64,000 nt of DNA from Clostridium sp. CAG:288 (GTDB lineage: Bacteria; Bacillota_I; Bacilli_A; RFN20; CAG-288), in assembly GCA_000437395.1 (NCBI GenBank), contig FR898169.1, positions 85 to 64,084 of the forward strand, written 5' to 3'. Position 1 is the stretch's first letter. Each line of letters opens with the position of its first letter. The notes beneath the pieces were generated by a model. It was not told the origin of the DNA, searched no databases, and was given only the letters and a program-made list of their open reading frames with translations. This document shows positions 18,001 through 26,812 of the stretch, piece by piece. The translations under genes and the position numbers were made by a program.

Positions 18001-21000
18001 CAGAAACTTCACCATCAGCAGTAACAATTGTAAAGTATGATAATAAAGCACTTTGAGCTTCACTGGCATTTTCAACCATGTTAATTGTGTAAGAAGAAAC
18101 ATCGACTTTAATACCATGTTCAACTGTTTCTGTTTCATAAGTCTTACCAACTAAGGAAGCAACATCAGAATCTGCTAAAACAACTTTGTTTCTAAAGTTA
18201 TCGACAAAGAATGAAGCGTAAGAACCATATTGATATGAAGGTTTAACGTTAATAAATGAGGCGTTAACCATTCCATTTTCAATTGTATATGTGAAATCAA
18301 TTCTTGAGACATATTCACTCTTGCTGCCCTTAAATGCACCATAGCCATAACCATCTAAGAAGACGTAAGAGCCATCAGCATTGAGATATTTACCTTCATA
18401 GCCATCTCTTGCTAAAACTTCAAATGTCTTAGCTTCGACATTTAACTTAATCTTTAAAGCGAATGTGTCGCTTGATGAATCGTAAATATAATAAATATCG
18501 TTAGTATAATCAATACCACCGTGAGTTAAGCTATTAACAGCAGAAATACTTAAATCAGCAATTTCTTTTCCATCACAAGTGACTTCAATAGCGTTAATGC
18601 TACTGATTTTAACATTAGCATCTTTACCATAAATTTTGCCTGTGTAATCACCGACATAATCTTTTTCTCTTTCTGGAATACTTGTAGATCTATTAACCTT
18701 ACCAATCTTTTCTCCAGTGACAGTAAATTCTGTCATAAATCCATTGATTGTAAGAGTTGCAACTTCACCAACTTCACCTTTATAGCCAGCTGATAAAGTG
18801 ATTTCTCCGACATCGTGAGAGTAATAGTAATCTGCGCTCTTCTTTTCAATTAAATCTGATTTCATACCAACCCATTTAACTTCGTTAGTATTTAAATCTT
18901 TAACTTTGAGAGCATCGATTGTATATGAAGCGCTAGAGAAGCCAGAGTTAATCAATGTGTTAGAACCATAGTTAACTGTGAGTCTATCGACGATTTCATA
19001 CTTGCTTTCTTTAGTCATGACATAATAACGAATTGAATCGATATATTGCATCTTTTGAGAGTTGACAGGAATTAAAGATAATATTCCATCATCATAAGAT
19101 AAAGTATAATCTGTTGATCCAAATGTAACAGTAGCGCTCTCACCGTCAATACCTTCTAATCGTACTAATGATGTAGTTGTGTTATTAATTGTTAAGCTAC
19201 CACTCATATCAGCATTGATAGTTAACTTAGCAGTTGTTAAAACTGTTGTTGTTGTTTCGGTATCGTCATCGTTAACTTCAGTAGTTGAAGAACCGACTAA
19301 TACTGTTGAATATGTACCGACTAATTCTTTATCTAAAACAATGACATCAACTGTCTTTCTGACTCCTTTATATTCAAGGGTAACGCCATAGACACCAGGA
19401 GTGAATACATCGACAATTCCACTGACCATATCAGAAGTGACTTTAACATCTTCGCCATTATCTTTAACAGTGAAGAGCGACTTTGGATCAACGACACTTC
19501 CTTCAAATACTGTAACAGCTTTTCCTGAAACTACAACTTTTGTTGGAACAGTTACATCAAAAGAAACAACTGTTGGATTGGCATCGACTCCGTCGACATA
19601 AATGGAGACTAAAACTTTGTATGTTCCTGGAGTACCAAGTTTAACAGCACTATCGTCATATGTATAATAGAAAACTCTATTAGCTACTTTAGATTGATCT
19701 TCTGTCAAGTCACAATAAATGTTATTTAATCTAACTTCAACGTTATCTTTAACTTGTTGAGCTGTTAAATTTTCACTAATTTCTAATGATTCATTAACAA
19801 CTTTAATAGAAACCAAACTTTCTTTAACGACATAAGTAATTGAAAGAGTGACTTCTTCAGTGACAGCAGCACCTTCAACTTTTGAACCAGTATAAGGAAC
19901 TTTAGCTGTAACTGTATATGAGCCAGCTGTGGCAAAATCGACACTTGCAGTATCGAGATATTTTGAATCTAATTCATATTCACGACCGTTAGAAATCAAG
20001 ACAAAGTCTTTAGCAAAGTTGTATTTAGAAGTATCGACACTTCCTTTTTTAACAACGATCACGCTACTTGAAGCGTATTCGATTCTAAGACCTGTTTTAA
20101 TTGTAACAGTAGCTGTTGCTGTCTTTTCTACACCTTGAGAAGTGTAAGAAAGTGTAATTGTATTTGTACCTAACTTGTTATAATCAATAAAACCAGAAAC
20201 CATTGAATCAGTAACTGTGACAGGTTCGCCACCAACACTTATTTCAAATAAGCTCTTTAAATCAATTCGTTCTTCATCTGGATAAATAACGACATCTTTA
20301 GCGTTTAAAACAACTGTAGCGTTGCTGACAACTTTAACGTTAATAACGCTAGAGATAGATGTACTATCTTGCTTATAACTTAATGTAACAGTATAATCGC
20401 CTGGAGTTTTTTGAACAGTGCTGACAACCATTTCTGGAGTGACTTGAACTGCTTTACCATCAACTACAAGTGTAAATAACTTGCTAGCATCAAAAGCATC
20501 AACTTCACCTTCTGGAAGTGTATAAGTTTGATATGCTTTTAAAACTTCTATTTCGTGATCTTCAATAACACTTACTGCAATAGTATCTGAAGCGCCATGG
20601 TATTCAACTGTAACAGTATAATCACCTACTTCTGATTTAACGTTTGAAGTAACCATATCGTCAGTTACTTCTACTGCTTCTCCATCCATAGTGACACTAA
20701 AAAGGGATTTAAAGTCATATGTTTCAACTTCCATAGCCTTTAAAGTGACAGTTTTTTGTGAAGCTTCAACTTTATAGATTGTTTCTTCAACATTAACGAT
20801 AGCTTGTGCTTTAACTCCGTGATAGTCAACATTGACAACATAGACACCCTTTTCAGCTTTAACAGCACTTGTATCGATGACGTCATCTGTAACATCAACG
20901 CTATCACCATCGACCGTAATGCTAAACAATGTCTTAAAATCAAATCCTTCAACGTTACGATCTTTAATGTTAAATAATGTTGAACCTGGGCCAGTGACAA

Positions 21001-21448
21001 CAATTTCAGAAGCAGCAACAGTAATTTTCTTTTCGACATAAACTGTTGGATCAGCAACTGAAGTAGCTCTAACTAAAGCTTCAGTTTCTTCGTAGATAGG
21101 TCCTTTTGTAGTAACAACGCCATCGACGACTGTAATATCGTTACTTGTTGTTGACCAAGTAACGCTCTTGTCGTCAACACCTTTAACAGTTGCTGTTAAA
21201 GTTAATGGGTGTTTATTTGCAACGACGTTTTCCCCTTCAATAGTAACGACAACTTCTTCTTTTGTCGAAGAACTAACTGATGAGCTAGTTGACGATATAG
21301 GTCCTGTTGAAGAAGATGTAGAAGTAGAAGAAGATGGTGTGGTGGATGATGTTTGTCCATTGTTGTTATTGCAACCTGTTACAACAGCAGCAAAAGTTGC
21401 AAGTGTCAATGGATAAACAAGCAATTTTCTTTTTGAGATTTTACTCAT
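15014..21448 (-). CDS. Giant surface lipoprotein (2144 aa): lipobox, Ser/Thr linker, a Big_2 domain, about six tandem ~85-aa Ig-like repeats and a long C-terminal region
   Basis: Signal LATFAAVVTGCNNNN. Repeat units resemble VTGPGSTLFNIKDRNVEGFDFKTLFSITVDGDSVDVTDDVIDTSAV...YVVNVDYHGVKAQAIVNV. The C-terminal ~1400 aa is Thr/Ser/Tyr-rich with internal repeats (..VTVTALNDIAYGTAGCIFEVTDG.. appears twice, similar). Confidence 0.8.
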   Translation of the reverse strand: MSKISKRKLLVYPLTLATFAAVVTGCNNNNGQTSSTTPSSSTSTSSSTGPISSTSSSVSSSTKEEVVVTIEGENVVANKHPLTLTATVKGVDDKSVTWSTTSNDITVVDGVVTTKGPIYEETEALVRATSVADPTVYVEKKITVAASEIVVTGPGSTLFNIKDRNVEGFDFKTLFSITVDGDSVDVTDDVIDTSAVKAEKGVYVVNVDYHGVKAQAIVNVEETIYKVEASQKTVTLKAMEVETYDFKSLFSVTMDGEAVEVTDDMVTSNVKSEVGDYTVTVEYHGASDTIAVSVIEDHEIEVLKAYQTYTLPEGEVDAFDASKLFTLVVDGKAVQVTPEMVVSTVQKTPGDYTVTLSYKQDSTSISSVINVKVVSNATVVLNAKDVVIYPDEERIDLKSLFEISVGGEPVTVTDSMVSGFIDYNKLGTNTITLSYTSQGVEKTATATVTIKTGLRIEYASSSVIVVKKGSVDTSKYNFAKDFVLISNGREYELDSKYLDTASVDFATAGSYTVTAKVPYTGSKVEGAAVTEEVTLSITYVVKESLVSIKVVNESLEISENLTAQQVKDNVEVRLNNIYCDLTEDQSKVANRVFYYTYDDSAVKLGTPGTYKVLVSIYVDGVDANPTVVSFDVTVPTKVVVSGKAVTVFEGSVVDPKSLFTVKDNGEDVKVTSDMVSGIVDVFTPGVYGVTLEYKGVRKTVDVIVLDKELVGTYSTVLVGSSTTEVNDDDTETTTTVLTTAKLTINADMSGSLTINNTTTSLVRLEGIDGESATVTFGSTDYTLSYDDGILSLIPVNSQKMQYIDSIRYYVMTKESKYEIVDRLTVNYGSNTLINSGFSSASYTIDALKVKDLNTNEVKWVGMKSDLIEKKSADYYYSHDVGEITLSAGYKGEVGEVATLTINGFMTEFTVTGEKIGKVNRSTSIPEREKDYVGDYTGKIYGKDANVKISSINAIEVTCDGKEIADLSISAVNSLTHGGIDYTNDIYYIYDSSSDTFALKIKLNVEAKTFEVLARDGYEGKYLNADGSYVFLDGYGYGAFKGSKSEYVSRIDFTYTIENGMVNASFINVKPSYQYGSYASFFVDNFRNKVVLADSDVASLVGKTYETETVEHGIKVDVSSYTINMVENASEAQSALLSYFTIVTADGEVSDKSSYVDYSLVDFTKKGFYLVTVSAEIDGVTVSKYYTFEVVSPVYEDNALLGSYTGANKSYSMSIDKFGNGTFKYDSYTYTGKVVINSDLTFSMEVTRTSGSGSYSITGSYLANGALAISATGDRTVTNMLFMGATTDGYTTTYSGYQRKKILRTITKDGVTTYIYSTSSDEYAAGQIVTVDVANGIAPNTVGSVFTIKDSAGEALLTAKITSISSDWSGLQLAGSEAGSYTVADGKTATIDGFGESSSKRGEIVFSDGTTYDYYKLNNAHIALTTSGSTTIVGYAAIDQTTKELTVLKNDKDALKATYGTFSYSSSVSTSSPQVILNEYGVGSYKDSNRTYYGYVTGSDAEGYVFHGETYSTYSSSTIYRVEITMTKVISKVFSASISVNGGTATKVDLSANSGVTVSYIGSNYKNYIKRMIVGDEVAYFLYTTSSAAGRQVTVTALNDIAYGTAGCIFEVTDGDEVIIEKAMINTYSTTKWGYISANSLAGDYTVGDQTLSLDGFADFEADSTGVAKLGDKTGSYVVYEGTVISVTIEDSTVLYRLNTSAKSASALEKIYNGSLLGTYGQATTSSSTYVLSIDEYGAVSYGTPSGSTIYRAVSSSISGDLLNITLKQVGSTYTKSLVIAYVAPGVLTVVDGSNKNFYVSKDATLSVFAKVSSSANIIYKVVKADEVSYLYAPTNKTTVDAIAIVTKTIDSTKEVGEVGGIFKLVAGDTEVVAKITSTGTIALANNAERISITYNGETLFTDGFTTSATARGNATLANKTYTYYFHPSLTNTVVLYDDAGTIADYITINGETFEHATEFFTEEDKLSGGSYAQINSTTSPLVIDKYGYITYNNNFFGKLVRTETGYTAETSYKYNNTVRKDNLTITMASEDVFLVHCEGSDSGYGYYTLKSVKDAQNCNMIGKSRANLLYWAVVDGKVTFMLDKSRSYDVTSATPVIVKVNDVALTDRGLVVGDTFTVEDSEGNVLFTATVSQLGSGYSGYTLA

Positions 21449-21465
21449 AATTTTTCCCTTTCCTT

Positions 21466-21509
21466 TTATTAAATAAAGACCTAAGGTAACAATTAGATAC
21501 CCTAGGTCA
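21466..21509 (-). terminator. Possible terminator of the 771-aa lipoprotein gene, or an attenuator before the 2144-aa gene
   Basis: Imperfect stem GACCTAAGG/CCCTAGGTC, AT-rich tail. Confidence 0.3.
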
Positions 21510-21549
21510 AATCAAAACTAATTTTTAATGATTATTTACTAGAGTAATA

Positions 21550-23865
21550 TTAATACTCACTTAACTTATAGGCGTTCATATAAATTGTACGATAGCCTAA
21601 GTTTTCAAAGCGAATGAGGATATCAGCATCTTCATTAGCAAATGAAGCATATTTACTACTTTGAGTATCCTTTTCGTATCTATCGCCTGATAATCTTTCA
21701 TATCCCTTAGCAGAGACAATTTCACCAAAGGCAGCCATTAATTCTGTCCAGTCAGTAATTCTGTGGTTAGAATCAAGGTTGACGCTAGAAAGGTTGAAAC
21801 CAACACTAGCTCTACCATTAGAATTGTAATCTAATGAAACTTTGAGTGAGAAACTGTCACCGAAGACATCTCTGAAGTCTTGTGGAATTGGGAATGAAGA
21901 TGATTTATCACCGAACATTTTATTTAAGACAACATCTGCTGTTGCGTTTGTATATCCACTGTTATAAGCAGTTTCATATTCGCCGTCAAATCCTGACCAG
22001 TCAGCAGCGACAACTCTTGGTCTATAGTTATCGAACGTGTCATCGTCAAGTGCAGTTGTTCCAACGTTGCTATATGTTGTTGTAATATAACCGACATAAG
22101 CACCAGAATTTAATTCATATGGATAGACTGTCTTAAGGAGATTACCTTCACTATCGACTGTAATTGATAAGCTTGTATCGACATCAGCAGAAGAGTTAGA
22201 AGCGTTAGAGTGAGCTGAGACTTGTGGAGCAATTTGATTATTAATTGCAGAATCTCTTAGTGTAAATGTATAAGATGTAACACCAGCAACTGTACTGATA
22301 GATGGTTCACCAAATACTTCAGCAGCAAAATTGAATTGTGGCATTCTATCAAACATATCACCTGTATATTGTCTCTTGCCAGCTAATGCTTGGTTAGATG
22401 CATCGTATGCGAAATAATCATATGTACCATCCTTATTATCTTTGTAACCTGTCCATTCAATGCCATATGGATCGTCCATATAGGATGTATAGGCAATTGT
22501 TCTCTTTAAGAGGATTGCATCAGCTGTGACATAACCATCTAAGCCAGCACTACCTGTAGCTGAAGATGTTGGAAGCTTTTTATTAGCAACACCTTGATTT
22601 CTCATATATGAGCTTTCATCAGAGGAAGCAGTATATGTTGATGTATCGACAGCTTTGAATGTGTAGTTTTTAACCCCCTTCATCTTGTCGATAGCTGTTT
22701 GTAATAGTGATGTATATTCTGTAGCAGCATATGGAGTTATATCTGGGACTTTTGTTGTTCCGATGTTATCGAATGTTAAATCGATAGTTGTCCATGAAGC
22801 ACTATCAGCATCTTTAGCTGTGCCATCGCTTGAGCCGTAGTAAAGAACTTCTGTAGAAGCGCTGAGACTTGTAATCTTTTCGTTATCGCATGTAATAGAA
22901 AGTTCAAATAATGTATCAGAAAGAATTGGAGTTAATGAGTAGGAAAGATATGTCATTAAGTATAAATCTGTTTCGGATGTTTGATCGATTGTATATTCAT
23001 ACTTATCTCCATCATCAGAAAGTTTGAACTTGTTAACATCTAATTGAGCGATGTGGTTCCATAAGTGGTTTTCTTCCCAAAGGTTGTAGTAACCAGCGTA
23101 GTTAACATCTTCTTTAGAAGCAACTTTGTTATCCTTATCAATATATTTTTGGACTAAAGCATGTCCTGATTTGCCATTAGCATCAACTAAGCCATCTGTT
23201 TCTCCCTTTGAATAAGAAGTTTCGTTATGTGTTCCTTCAACACCGTTTCTAGTGACCCAATAGCTTCCTTTCCAAGCGTCTTGTTCCATTTCAACTTTCA
23301 TACCATAGTTATGTGTTGTTTCTGGTTGACCTGGAGATGTGAAATCTTTATAGTGATCTGTTAATGTTCCGTTAACAGTAATAGAAGCATTACCTAAGTC
23401 TTCTAACATTTGACTTGTAAGTTTACCGACTTGACCAACTGACTTCTTTCTCTTCAGTGTAATTGTCTTTGTTGCTGACTTTTCAGTGTTAGCGACAGAA
23501 GTAGCTGTAATACCTACTGTAATATCGATTGATAATGGTTCACCGACATATGTAACTAAGCCGTTTTCAACTGTAACTAATGTACTATTTGAGCTCCAAG
23601 TAACTGCTGTATTTTGAGTACCTGTAACAGAGACTTCTAATTGAATTTGTGGGTTTGTTGCAGCTGTATCAATTTCACTTGGGCCAGAGATTGAAACAAC
23701 GATTGTTTCTACAACTGTAGAACTACTAACTGGAGTTGTAGTTGAAGAGTTACCACCAGTACTACTTGATGTATTAGTGGAGCTAGAGTTGTTATTATTG
23801 TTACCGCAGCCTGTTAAAATTAAACTACCAAGAGCTGCAACAGCTAAAATTTTTGATTTTTTCAT
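21550..23865 (-). CDS. Surface lipoprotein (771 aa) with a Big_2 domain and a Tyr/Gly/Asp-rich C-terminal domain
   Basis: LILTGCGNNNNNSSS.. followed by Big_2 (VSISGPSEID..AVTWSSNSTLV). RBS AAAAGGAG. Same architecture as the 703-aa neighbour. Confidence 0.75.
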   Translation of the reverse strand: MKKSKILAVAALGSLILTGCGNNNNNSSSTNTSSSTGGNSSTTTPVSSSTVVETIVVSISGPSEIDTAATNPQIQLEVSVTGTQNTAVTWSSNSTLVTVENGLVTYVGEPLSIDITVGITATSVANTEKSATKTITLKRKKSVGQVGKLTSQMLEDLGNASITVNGTLTDHYKDFTSPGQPETTHNYGMKVEMEQDAWKGSYWVTRNGVEGTHNETSYSKGETDGLVDANGKSGHALVQKYIDKDNKVASKEDVNYAGYYNLWEENHLWNHIAQLDVNKFKLSDDGDKYEYTIDQTSETDLYLMTYLSYSLTPILSDTLFELSITCDNEKITSLSASTEVLYYGSSDGTAKDADSASWTTIDLTFDNIGTTKVPDITPYAATEYTSLLQTAIDKMKGVKNYTFKAVDTSTYTASSDESSYMRNQGVANKKLPTSSATGSAGLDGYVTADAILLKRTIAYTSYMDDPYGIEWTGYKDNKDGTYDYFAYDASNQALAGKRQYTGDMFDRMPQFNFAAEVFGEPSISTVAGVTSYTFTLRDSAINNQIAPQVSAHSNASNSSADVDTSLSITVDSEGNLLKTVYPYELNSGAYVGYITTTYSNVGTTALDDDTFDNYRPRVVAADWSGFDGEYETAYNSGYTNATADVVLNKMFGDKSSSFPIPQDFRDVFGDSFSLKVSLDYNSNGRASVGFNLSSVNLDSNHRITDWTELMAAFGEIVSAKGYERLSGDRYEKDTQSSKYASFANEDADILIRFENLGYRTIYMNAYKLSEY

Positions 23866-23896
23866 GATTTTTTCTCCTTTTTATTTGATTGATTAT

Positions 23897-26008
23897 TTAT
23901 TTGATGTTTGAAGGGGTTTTAAATACGTAGATATATAAGTCTAATGACGAGTCTACTGGTAAGACCGTATAACCGTCTTTATCGTAGCCACCATATGAAT
24001 TTCTTACAAATCCTTCATCAATTAATTCTTGTTTAACTTTTGCAAGTGATTTATTAAGAGAATAATCTGCATCGACTGCGACATCATAATAAATTTGGTA
24101 ACATGGAGTATAAACACCTGTTCCTGGAACGTTATATAAAGTGTTCAAAGCTAAACCGAATGTATCTCCCAAAACATTGTCGAAGAAAGGTAAGACATCT
24201 AAGACTTCAGCGCCTAAGACATTTGTTAATGCTTGGTCACCAGGGAGTGTTGAATCATTTGTACCTAAGTTTTCAGCTGAATAATAGAAGTCGACGTCTG
24301 CCCAACTTGTTGGAACGACTTTTGGTGTAAATTGAATACTTGTAGCTTCTTCTGGAAGTGTAGTTGTATCAAAATCATAGAATTCTAATTCAACTATGCC
24401 GTACATAATACCCATATTGAAGTAGAATGTTGCATATGTAATGTATCCATCGTTAGAAACTGTAACTTGTGGAACATAGTTTGTGTTTCCATTTACACTT
24501 CCTTTAGTTGAATATAAACCATAAAGTGGATAATCGCTACCGAATCCTTGATATAAAGTACTTGCAACATAGTACATACCTTCATATACAGAGTAAGTAG
24601 CTTCTTTTTCTTTAGAATTCCAAGCGTATCCTGGATTAAAGATAGCTGCATCAAATTCAAAAGATGGTGCCTTATCTGTTACGTTGCCTTTATATGATCT
24701 AAAAGCTTCAAATGAACCGTCTTTATTTGGTGTGTAATAGTTATATGTATTTTCATCAATTTGTCTATAACCAAATGGTGAAGTATAAGTATAATCTAAT
24801 GCACCTTGACTAACTTTAGCTGTGAAAGGCTTATAGAACATTTCTGTTGGAGTGACAGTTTCTTCATAACCAGTTATTGATTGTGAGCCTGTAGAATAAT
24901 CGTAAGCTTGCATTGTTAATCTAGTCTTGTAACTGCTTAAACTATGCATCTTTTCTAATGCATTTTTAAGTAATCCATGTGCATCTTCTTCATAGGAATA
25001 TGTTGGAAGAGCTGGAATATTAACTAAATCTCCAGAGTTAAATGAAGAAGTTAATGTTTGAATTACTCTATAGCCTGAAACTATTCTATAGTCATAATCA
25101 CTCTTTAATTGAATAGCGATGATTTCATCATCAGAAATAACTAAAGATAATGTCTTTGGTTCAAAATCATATGGAGTTAATGCAGATGTAGCGCGAGTTA
25201 AGAAATTTGTATCGCTACCTGTGTACTCATACATCCATGTATCTCTATTAAAGGTAAAATCAGAAACTTTAATGTTGATAAATGGATTATATAATCCTGA
25301 ATTTTCCCAAGTGATTGGTAAGCCATAATCATCTTCCAAAGCGACGTATTCTTCGGAGTTCATCAATGAAATTTGGACTTTATTTGCATAACCGTCTTTA
25401 TTTGCGTAGTAAATTCTACCGCTATTTGTATCGCCTGTATAATCTGCAACCCATCTGTTGTGTTCCATATATGTATGGACTGACATATCAGATGTACCAA
25501 CTAAGGATGTCGATGTAATTCCATAAATATCGATGTGGTTTTCACCGGCAAAATCAATTTTTTCATCTTTTAATAATGAAAGCATTTCATCTGTCAATTC
25601 TGGTTGAGCTTCAGGAGCTAATACTGTGATGGTATAAGATGCTGATTTGGTGTTATCAGCGACAGAAGTAGCTGTAATTGTAACTGTCGTATCAACCGTT
25701 ACTTCTTTTATAACAATAACTGTACCATCAGAAACAGCAACAACATTACTATCTGTCGACCAGATAACAGCAGTGTTGGCTGAACCAGTTACTGTTGCGA
25801 GTAGGTTTATGGTGCCACCATATCTAACAGATGTAGGACCTGAAATGGCAACATTAACCATTTGAGTACTTGAGCTTGATGTGCTTGAAGAGCTTGTATT
25901 TGGAGTAGAAGAAACTGTGGTGGATGAAGTGTTTCCCCCATTTCCATTACAAGAAGCAACGAGCAAACTTACCATAGCTAAAGTTAAAATGGATAAGTGT
26001 TTTTTCAT
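23897..26008 (-). CDS. Surface lipoprotein (703 aa) with a Big_2 domain; paralog-like neighbour of the 771-aa protein
   Basis: LLVASCNGNGG.. followed by Big_2 (VAISGPTSVRYGGTINLLATVTGSANTAVIWSTDSNVV..). Only a 31-bp gap to the downstream gene. Confidence 0.75.
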   Translation of the reverse strand: MKKHLSILTLAMVSLLVASCNGNGGNTSSTTVSSTPNTSSSSTSSSSTQMVNVAISGPTSVRYGGTINLLATVTGSANTAVIWSTDSNVVAVSDGTVIVIKEVTVDTTVTITATSVADNTKSASYTITVLAPEAQPELTDEMLSLLKDEKIDFAGENHIDIYGITSTSLVGTSDMSVHTYMEHNRWVADYTGDTNSGRIYYANKDGYANKVQISLMNSEEYVALEDDYGLPITWENSGLYNPFINIKVSDFTFNRDTWMYEYTGSDTNFLTRATSALTPYDFEPKTLSLVISDDEIIAIQLKSDYDYRIVSGYRVIQTLTSSFNSGDLVNIPALPTYSYEEDAHGLLKNALEKMHSLSSYKTRLTMQAYDYSTGSQSITGYEETVTPTEMFYKPFTAKVSQGALDYTYTSPFGYRQIDENTYNYYTPNKDGSFEAFRSYKGNVTDKAPSFEFDAAIFNPGYAWNSKEKEATYSVYEGMYYVASTLYQGFGSDYPLYGLYSTKGSVNGNTNYVPQVTVSNDGYITYATFYFNMGIMYGIVELEFYDFDTTTLPEEATSIQFTPKVVPTSWADVDFYYSAENLGTNDSTLPGDQALTNVLGAEVLDVLPFFDNVLGDTFGLALNTLYNVPGTGVYTPCYQIYYDVAVDADYSLNKSLAKVKQELIDEGFVRNSYGGYDKDGYTVLPVDSSLDLYIYVFKTPSNIK

Positions 26009-26225
26009 ATTTACCTCTTATTTAAAAACATTTTTCTTTCTTATGATATTGTTTGTAATTGCCTCAGTTCTTCCTTTCCCGCACTATGAGGATCAATTTA
26101 ACATTAATATAAATATAAGCACTGAAGATGTCAATTAAAATCACACATTTTTACATGGTTTTTTTAATAAAACATCATTCAGTGCTTATGTAAACGTTTA
26201 CATTTTTTCTCTTATATTTCTTTTA

Positions 26226-26801
26226 TTAATATAAGTATTCGGCAGAAATAGAAACATCCCTACCTGATATATTTTTATAAGCAATTCTGAAGCTAGTAAT
26301 TTTTTCTTCGCTTAGAACAACATTGAAAGAAATATCACCATTAACATCAGTATCTGTGACATTTAAGAAAGCCTTAGCGTTTGTTTGGCTAACTGTAGCA
26401 TCTAAAACGCCCTCAGTGATCTTATATCCAGAATTCAATGTATCTTTATCGATTTTATAATTAAATAATTTAGCATCGACTATAGATCCGTTAAATGAAT
26501 CTCTTTCGTTTGAAGTAACTAATTTGAAATCGTTACCTAACTTCTTAATTGTGGAATAAACTGAGCCATTAGCTTCGTTATCGACATATGTAATTTCGAT
26601 TTCAGTTTTCTTTTCGTAAACTAATGTACTTGATTCAGTTATTGAAGAAATAATAGTTGCTCTTCTAATTGTTACAATAGATGAATCTATTTTATCAGTA
26701 TATTCTTTAAGAGCATCTTTTTTATTACCATTACATGAAGTAACAGCAAGTAAAGAAACAAATAAGAGTGAACTTGATAAGAATAATTTGTTCTTTTTCA
26801 T
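26226..26801 (-). CDS. Small lipoprotein (191 aa), probably co-transcribed immediately downstream of the S8/LRR giant gene
   Basis: Start MKKNKLFLSSSLLFVSLLAVTSCNG with RBS AGGAGGAAG 6 nt upstream; the start lies 12 bp after the stop of the 2493-aa gene. The ORF extends to 26843. Confidence 0.6.
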   Translation of the reverse strand: MKKNKLFLSSSLLFVSLLAVTSCNGNKKDALKEYTDKIDSSIVTIRRATIISSITESSTLVYEKKTEIEITYVDNEANGSVYSTIKKLGNDFKLVTSNERDSFNGSIVDAKLFNYKIDKDTLNSGYKITEGVLDATVSQTNAKAFLNVTDTDVNGDISFNVVLSEEKITSFRIAYKNISGRDVSISAEYLY

Positions 26802-26812
26802 AATACTTCCTC

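Noticed and set aside
15684-21416. Short plus-strand ORFs inside the 2144-aa gene (15684-15995, 19179-19601, 19929-20138 and 21168-21416) and minus-strand fragments
   Set aside because: They are embedded in a continuous 6.4-kb ORF with a clear lipoprotein start and repeat architecture, and show no independent signals.
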